A DNA stretch of 47,426 nt from Legionellaceae bacterium (GTDB lineage: Bacteria; Pseudomonadota; Gammaproteobacteria; Legionellales; Legionellaceae), in the NCBI GenBank assembly GCA_947504795.1, contig CANNJG010000001.1, positions 1-47,426 on the forward strand, given 5' to 3'. Positions 36,429 to 47,426 of the stretch are shown piece after piece. A model generated the notes under the pieces. It was not told where the DNA came from. It did not search any database and worked only from the letters and a program-made list of their open reading frames with translations. The translations under genes and the position numbers were made by a program. Position 1 is the stretch's first letter. Each line of letters opens with the position of its first letter.

Positions 36429-37688
36429 TTAAGTATTAGGCAATTCAACCGCTTCTGCAGGGGTCGTTGGGTTAATGTCTAAGTCTACGGCTTCGATTCT
36501 TTGAAACCGTAGCGTTATTTTCTTCGCGGATGTATTCACGTCATTAACGTCTTGATGGGCTAAATCAATATGCTTGGTTAGTTTGTCCATGCGTTTTTCA
36601 AAGCGTTGAAAATCGTTAGCTAAAGCATGGAGATGTTGTTGAATAATATGGACTTGCTTGCGTGTGGCATCATCTTTTAGAACCGCTTTCGCAGTGGTCA
36701 AAACTGCCATTAACGTACTGGGCGATACCAGCCAGACTTTTAAACGTTGTGATAGCGCGATGATCTCAGGATAATTCGCATGCACTTCGGCGAAAATAGA
36801 TTCCGCCGGGATAAACATGATAGCGCTATCCGTTGTTTCTGGGGGAAGAATGTATTTTTCTGCAATATCTTTGATATGTTTTTGCATGTCTTGACGAAAT
36901 TGTTGTTGCAGGGATTTACGTTCTAACGAGGTTGACTCGGTATTCATTAATCGTTGATAACCCTCCAACGGAAATTTAGCATCAATGACTAAATTTCCTG
37001 TTGGGTCTGGTAAAAATAAGATACAATCAGCACGTTTTTGATTACTTAAGGTGTATTGCAGGCTGTAATGCTGACTCGGTAACACATTGGCAATTAGCGT
37101 TGCTAATTGGACTTCACCAAAGGCCCCACGTGCACGTTTGTCGACGAGAACGTCTTGTAAACTGACTACATGTTGGGATAACTCAGTAATTTTCTTTTGA
37201 GCTTCGTCAATAATGGCAAGGCGTTTGACGACATCTATAAACGTTGCCGATGTTTTTTCAAAGCCTTCGGATAAACGATGATTTACTTGGTGGGTCAAAT
37301 TTTGAAGATGAGCACGGATTTCTTCTGTGACCGACTGTAAATGTTGGGTGAGCGAATGGGTATGTTGCGTGAAACTATGACCAATTTGCTCGCGCACATC
37401 AATCATTTGCCGTTGAATAGATTCCACAATTAAAGGTTGTATCGCATGGTGGCTTTGGGTTATTTTATCATGAATACTTAATTGCCCCGCTTGTATGGTG
37501 TGCTGCAGGGTTGCTTGGAGCGACTGTAAAGCCATGGTGACAAATTGTTTCAGCGCCTCGTGTTGGTCTTTAATTAATCGGTATGCTTGGCGTTGACGAT
37601 AGTGGATGAGACCAATTAGAAGCAACGACACGCTGCAGGTTATCCCACTCGATAGTAGTGTAGAAAAGGTTACATAGTGAGTTATCAT
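36429..37688 (-). CDS. rmuC: DNA recombination protein RmuC
   Basis: An N-terminal TM segment and a coiled-coil are followed by the RmuC nuclease-like core (RGAFGEVQLATLI...LVIDAKFPLEGY...IMFIPAESIF...VSPSTLMAVL). Confidence 0.85.
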   Translation of the reverse strand: MITHYVTFSTLLSSGITCSVSLLLIGLIHYRQRQAYRLIKDQHEALKQFVTMALQSLQATLQHTIQAGQLSIHDKITQSHHAIQPLIVESIQRQMIDVREQIGHSFTQHTHSLTQHLQSVTEEIRAHLQNLTHQVNHRLSEGFEKTSATFIDVVKRLAIIDEAQKKITELSQHVVSLQDVLVDKRARGAFGEVQLATLIANVLPSQHYSLQYTLSNQKRADCILFLPDPTGNLVIDAKFPLEGYQRLMNTESTSLERKSLQQQFRQDMQKHIKDIAEKYILPPETTDSAIMFIPAESIFAEVHANYPEIIALSQRLKVWLVSPSTLMAVLTTAKAVLKDDATRKQVHIIQQHLHALANDFQRFEKRMDKLTKHIDLAHQDVNDVNTSAKKITLRFQRIEAVDLDINPTTPAEAVELPNT

Positions 37689-37726
37689 GTTTTGCTTATA
37701 CCCCGTGTGGTATACGATGTTGTTAG

Positions 37727-43187
<5,461 letters not shown>

Positions 43188-43196
43188 GATGTTACA

Positions 43197-43775
43197 ATGA
43201 GACGCATTATAGGGATGGTGGTTGCATATAGTATCTGCGTCGCGAGTGTTAGTGCGGCATCAGAGTGGTATACTCATGATTTTTGGGCCCCACGCATGCA
43301 TGGGAAGCGCTTAAGCTATTGTTTAGCCGACGAAAAGACTTGTGGCCAGGTCGTAGCTGACAGATATTGCCAAATGCAGGGATATGATCGCGCTAAGCGC
43401 GCAACGATTGATTATAACCTTGGGGCAACGCGTTATCTAGATAGTCCCAAAAATTGCGTGGGCTGGTCATGCTCTGGCTTTAAACTCCTCCAGTGCAGTG
43501 CACAAACCCTGCATCAGCCGCGGCGAGGGTATTATTATCGCAGCCAGATTTTTGTGATGCCACGGTTTAACCATTATCGCGTCGATTGGTGTTTTAAAAA
43601 TGGGCAAGGATGTGGGGAACGCGCCGCTTTTTCTTTTTGTCGACGTTTGGGATTTATGAAGGCCAGTCGTTTCAAACAAAACAAAGGCTTGGCTGCGACT
43701 CGTGCATTAGGCAATCAGCGCTTGTGTTTTGATGGCGATTGTCAGGGATTTTCTAGTATTACTTGCTATCGTTAA
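43197..43775 (+). CDS. Secreted protein made of two tandem six-Cys modules (hypothetical)
   Basis: 192 aa with signal peptide MRRIIGMVVAYSICVASVSA. Residues about 28-100 and 118-190 are clearly paralogous (see findings). An AGGA sequence lies 7 nt upstream of the ATG. The gene starts 9 nt after the dnaE stop. Confidence 0.65.
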   Translation: MRRIIGMVVAYSICVASVSAASEWYTHDFWAPRMHGKRLSYCLADEKTCGQVVADRYCQMQGYDRAKRATIDYNLGATRYLDSPKNCVGWSCSGFKLLQCSAQTLHQPRRGYYYRSQIFVMPRFNHYRVDWCFKNGQGCGERAAFSFCRRLGFMKASRFKQNKGLAATRALGNQRLCFDGDCQGFSSITCYR

Positions 43776-43797
43776 CTGAGTGGTTTTGAATGGTGAT

Positions 43798-44823
43798 CTA
43801 AATTACCGCATGAATGCTCGCATTTTCAGTAAGGGATAAGCATAATCGTTCTATTGTGTGCCAGAGCGTGGATTGACGGTTTGATTTGAGTTGTTCATCG
43901 ATGCTTTGACATTGTTGCAGCAAGCCAAACAAGGTCTTTAAGGATAAACGTTGGGAGGCTTTTTGGTAATTTTCAATTTTTTGACTCCAAATATTGAGTT
44001 GTTGGCACGCAGCGTGAAAGGGGATGGCCTGCTGTGATAAATGATGTAATTGGATTAATTTACGTATTTCCTGAGCTAACATCCATAAGATGAGCGTTGG
44101 TTCTTGTTGTGACTGGATAATTTGGCGGAGCATGCGAATTGCTTGTGCGGTTTGACCGGCAAGAAGTGTGTCTCCTAATTCATAAATAGAGAAATCTCCT
44201 TGATCACGCAAGTAGTCCATAACGGTTGGGCACGTTATAGGCTTTGGTGGTTGGTGAATTAAAGCTAGTTGTTCAATAATTTGGTGACAGGCCAACAGAT
44301 TGTTTTGATTGTATCGAAAGATGAGCTCGGGTATTTGAGGCTCATACAAGATCCCGTGTTTTCTGAGTGCATCCCCAATAAACTGTTTCAATCCATGTGC
44401 GTTCAATACGGTTATCGTGACATGAACAAGATTTTCATGTTGCGCAAGGGTTTGAAGCGCTTTCACGGGTAACAGCGGGGCTTGTATCATCACCAAGCAA
44501 CGTGAGTTGGGGTGTTCTAAATAGTCTTGTATTCGTTTTTTACTGTCAGCATCTAAGGTTTTTTTATCAAAACGCAGATCCAGTAGGCGATGCGTTGTGA
44601 ACAATGCATAGCTGTTGGCTTCTTCAAAACTGTTTGCCCAATCGGTTGGTTGCTGCAGAGTCAGTATCGTTTCTTCAGTATCCTGTTGGGTGTGGTGTTG
44701 CCAAGCGTGTTTGATTTGAGATACGGCTTGTTGCACTAAATAAGGCTCTTGCCCTGAAATAATATACATAGGCGCACAGCGTTTCTTAAGCGCTGTTGTC
44801 AACATGGGATATTTGATGATCAT
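43798..44823 (-). CDS. holA: DNA polymerase III delta subunit
   Basis: 341 aa. The N-terminus (YPMLTTALKK...MYIISGQEPYLVQQA) resembles HolA, and the gene holds the conserved position downstream of lptE. Confidence 0.8.
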   Translation of the reverse strand: MIIKYPMLTTALKKRCAPMYIISGQEPYLVQQAVSQIKHAWQHHTQQDTEETILTLQQPTDWANSFEEANSYALFTTHRLLDLRFDKKTLDADSKKRIQDYLEHPNSRCLVMIQAPLLPVKALQTLAQHENLVHVTITVLNAHGLKQFIGDALRKHGILYEPQIPELIFRYNQNNLLACHQIIEQLALIHQPPKPITCPTVMDYLRDQGDFSIYELGDTLLAGQTAQAIRMLRQIIQSQQEPTLILWMLAQEIRKLIQLHHLSQQAIPFHAACQQLNIWSQKIENYQKASQRLSLKTLFGLLQQCQSIDEQLKSNRQSTLWHTIERLCLSLTENASIHAVI

Positions 44824-45326
44824 CGTGGAGCATGCCCGAGTCTATCAATGATTTGTATAATGGCATCATGGCGCATTTCTTCCTTGAGTAAGCCCTCTTC
44901 GTAATTCGAGCCCAAAATGCGATCGCTATTGATAGTAACCAATCGGTTAGCGGTTACGCGACTGGTTGGGATGATATCTTTGCCATTGGCTTCTTCAAGC
45001 TTAAATTGAACCGTATAAGTGACTTGATATTGACGAGGCGTGGTGCTTGAACTGACTGACGTGATATGCTTTTCCTCAAAATCTTCTTCTAGAATTAGCC
45101 AGTATCGAGCTTGATTAGGACGTTTGCTAACATGAATATGATAGGCTTGAAGCTGTTCTTTGAGATCGGGCCCTAAATCACGATGTACTTTTTGGACCAT
45201 GATGGCAATATCATTCAACCAGGGGGGCATATCAATAACGCCGCGTAAATGAAAACCACAGCCGTTGCAGAATAGTATGCTTATCCATCCTATTGCTAAT
45301 AGAAGACGTTTGATCGAACCGGTCAC
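44820..45326 (-). CDS. lptE: LPS assembly lipoprotein LptE
   Basis: 168 aa. The signal/lipobox region ends in CGFHLRG, the LptE hallmark. It sits between leuS and holA with 4-nt overlaps on both sides. Confidence 0.8.
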   Translation of the reverse strand: MTGSIKRLLLAIGWISILFCNGCGFHLRGVIDMPPWLNDIAIMVQKVHRDLGPDLKEQLQAYHIHVSKRPNQARYWLILEEDFEEKHITSVSSSTTPRQYQVTYTVQFKLEEANGKDIIPTSRVTANRLVTINSDRILGSNYEEGLLKEEMRHDAIIQIIDRLGHAPR

Positions 45327-47425
45327 ACCGGAACTACCAAGTTAATTAAGTGACGATGCGCGACGATAACCGACTTTGTAACGATTTTACCGGTTAAAAA
45401 TGCGGCGGCATGCTCTTTGGCCATCGCGATGAGCTGGTTTTCGGGTGTTTCGGAATCTGCTCTAAATCCCGCACGTAATTTACCATTCACTTGCACAACA
45501 AAGTCAGCTTCATCGGTTTTCAAAGCATTTTTATCGACTTTAGGCCAAGGCGCATCAATAATCGCTTTTTCAAACGTTAATTGTTGCCATAAGACATGGC
45601 ATATATGTGGCGTGATAGGAGCGAGCAAGCGCAGCAAATAGCTAAAACCCGAATAGAGTAAATACGTGTCTTCTTCTGTTTCTAGGCTGTATGCATTCAA
45701 TTCGTTTAATAATTTCATGCATCCCGATACGACGGTATTGAATTGTTGGCGTTCATAGTCGAGGATGGCTTGTTGTAATATCATATGAATACTGCAGCGT
45801 GCGTGTTTTAATCGGGCGTCGCAGTCTTGCCAGCGGACATTGTTGGCAATATCGTCTGTGGTTTGGTTAATGCCCATGAAAAGATCACGATGAAGATAAG
45901 CGAATTGCCACAGACGTTTTAAAAATCGATGTGAGCCTTCTACGCCTGCGTCTGACCATTCTAAAGATTGTTCTGCGGGTGCTGCAAAGATGATAAATAA
46001 GCGCGCGGTATCCGCGCCGTAAGTTTCAACTAAATGATTCGGGTCCACTGTATTGCCTAAAGACTTAGACATTTTGTGTCCATCTTTTAATACCATCCCT
46101 TGACTAAGCAGTGCCTTAAACGGTTCATCAGAATTGACGAGTCCTTCATCACGCATCAATCTGTGAAAAAAACGCGCATATAGCAGGTGCATGACAGCAT
46201 GTTCGATACCACCGATATATTGATCAACGGGTGTCCAATATTTTGCGCGGTCATCCAACATAGCACTGGATTGGTTTTTGCATGCATAGCGGGCGTAATA
46301 CCAGGATGATTCAAAAAAAGTGTCGAATGTATCAGTTTCTCTTTGCGCTTCCTTGCCACATTTTGGACACGTTGTATTCACAAATTCAGCGCACTGGCCG
46401 AGGGGTGAACCGCTGCCTGTTATCGCAATATTTTCAGGTAGTAGGACCGGTAAATCTGCCTCAGCTACGGGTACAATGCCACATAGTTCACAGATAATCA
46501 TCGGAATAGGGGTTCCCCAATAGCGTTGTCGCGAGACGCCCCAATCACGGAGTCGATAATTGACCGAGGACTTGCCTAATTGTTGTTGCTCCAAAAACGC
46601 AGTGATAGTTTTACGTGCCTCGGTGGATGATTGTCCATCAAAATCCCCCGAGTGGCACAACGTGCCTTCCTGAGTATAGGCGGATTGAGTGAAATCATGC
46701 GGCGCACCGTTGAGGGGTGTCACCACCGGTTGTAGGGGTAATGCGTACGTTTGTGCAAACTCCCAATCGCGTTGATCATGGGCAGGCACAGCCATGACGG
46801 CCCCGGATCCATATTGCATTAATACAAAATTGGCAATCCAAATAGGCAGCTCTTTACCGGTCAGTGGATGAATAGCAGTTAAGCCTGAGTCAATGCCACG
46901 CTTTTCCATGGTCGCCAGTTCCGCTTCAACTAGGCGGACATGTTGGCAGCTTTCAATAAACGTTTGGATAGGGGTGTTTTCAATAGCCGCTTGCTTAGCA
47001 AGGGGATGATCTGGCGCAATTGCTAAATAAGTAACCCCCAGCAGGGTATCGGGCCGCGTTGTATAGACTTTGAGAGGTTTCGTTTCGTGGTTGACCTTGA
47101 AACGAATGTCACAGCCTTCGGAGCGGCCAATCCAATTGCGTTGCATTTGTTTGACTTGTGCTGGCCAAGCGTCGAGAGTGTCCAAGCCTGCTAACAACTC
47201 ATCGGCATAGGCGGTTATCTTTACAAACCATTGAGAGATTTCTTTGCGCTCTATCAAGGCTCCCGAGCGCCATCCACGACCATCTACCACTTGTTCATTA
47301 GCTAATACGGTAAGGTCAACGGGATCCCAGTTGACTTGCCCGGATTTTTTGTAGACTAGACCCCGTTCGTATAATTTGATAAAAAACCATTGTTCCCAGC
47401 GATAATAACTGGGATCGCACGTCGC
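45323..47425 (-). CDS. leuS: Leucyl-tRNA synthetase, partial (N-terminus outside the window)
   Basis: The reading frame stays open beyond the ORF-track start at 47290, up to the window edge (...CDPSYYRWEQWFFIKLYERGLVYKKSGQVNWDPVDLTVLANEQVVDGRGW...). A KMSKS motif (HKMSKSLGN) is present. The HIGH region must lie upstream of the window. Confidence 0.95.
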   Translation of the reverse strand, partial: ATCDPSYYRWEQWFFIKLYERGLVYKKSGQVNWDPVDLTVLANEQVVDGRGWRSGALIERKEISQWFVKITAYADELLAGLDTLDAWPAQVKQMQRNWIGRSEGCDIRFKVNHETKPLKVYTTRPDTLLGVTYLAIAPDHPLAKQAAIENTPIQTFIESCQHVRLVEAELATMEKRGIDSGLTAIHPLTGKELPIWIANFVLMQYGSGAVMAVPAHDQRDWEFAQTYALPLQPVVTPLNGAPHDFTQSAYTQEGTLCHSGDFDGQSSTEARKTITAFLEQQQLGKSSVNYRLRDWGVSRQRYWGTPIPMIICELCGIVPVAEADLPVLLPENIAITGSGSPLGQCAEFVNTTCPKCGKEAQRETDTFDTFFESSWYYARYACKNQSSAMLDDRAKYWTPVDQYIGGIEHAVMHLLYARFFHRLMRDEGLVNSDEPFKALLSQGMVLKDGHKMSKSLGNTVDPNHLVETYGADTARLFIIFAAPAEQSLEWSDAGVEGSHRFLKRLWQFAYLHRDLFMGINQTTDDIANNVRWQDCDARLKHARCSIHMILQQAILDYERQQFNTVVSGCMKLLNELNAYSLETEEDTYLLYSGFSYLLRLLAPITPHICHVLWQQLTFEKAIIDAPWPKVDKNALKTDEADFVVQVNGKLRAGFRADSETPENQLIAMAKEHAAAFLTGKIVTKSVIVAHRHLINLVVPV

Positions 47426-47426
47426 A

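Noticed and set aside
47290-47425. leuS start at 47290 as given by the ORF track.
   Set aside because: That is an internal GTG (Val). The same frame is open to the window edge and encodes conserved LeuS sequence, so the gene is truncated by the window, not complete.

Overview
This is a 47.4-kb, densely coding chromosomal segment with about 40 CDS. I saw no rRNA or tRNA genes, no CRISPR array, and no transposase, integrase or phage genes.

Gene order:
- Left part: tilS' (3' fragment), mdfA-like MFS pump, rnhB, then rodA-mrdA-rsfS on the minus strand, and a 531-aa orphan.
- Middle: POT peptide transporter, dnaB, alr, 17-kDa-antigen-type lipoprotein, etfB-etfA-ald, rpiA, a small secreted 11-mer-repeat protein, and a lone tatC.
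- Centre: RCK-less CPA2 antiporter plus a Cys-rich lipoprotein, aceE-aceF-lpdA, nagZ, an 1800-aa orphan, and a PolB-exo-like 3'-5' exonuclease.
- Right part: potABCD (minus strand), a small Cys-rich secreted protein, rmuC, ligA-dnaE, a secreted tandem six-Cys protein, then holA-lptE-leuS' on the minus strand, with leuS running off the window edge.

Most of this is core gammaproteobacterial housekeeping. Several traits suggest a Legionellales-type intracellular bacterium: a monocistronic tatC, a Rickettsia-type 17-kDa lipoprotein, a single-lipoyl AceF, large AT-rich orphan ORFs and several small Cys-rich secreted proteins. That assignment is inference only; I cannot run a search.

I did not find a convincing multi-gene novel system. 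The best second-look candidates are:
- the 1800-aa AT-rich orphan with a predicted C-terminal transmembrane anchor and a module that recurs about every 500 aa;
- the 531-aa orphan;
- a GC-rich inverted-repeat island of about 110 bp in the lpdA/nagZ spacer;
- the secreted tandem six-Cys protein just downstream of dnaE;
- an RCK-less CPA2 antiporter translationally coupled to a Cys-rich lipoprotein;
- an etfBA-ald operon with overlapping stop and start codons.

All homology calls come from my recognition of conserved motifs in the translated ORFs, not from database searches.
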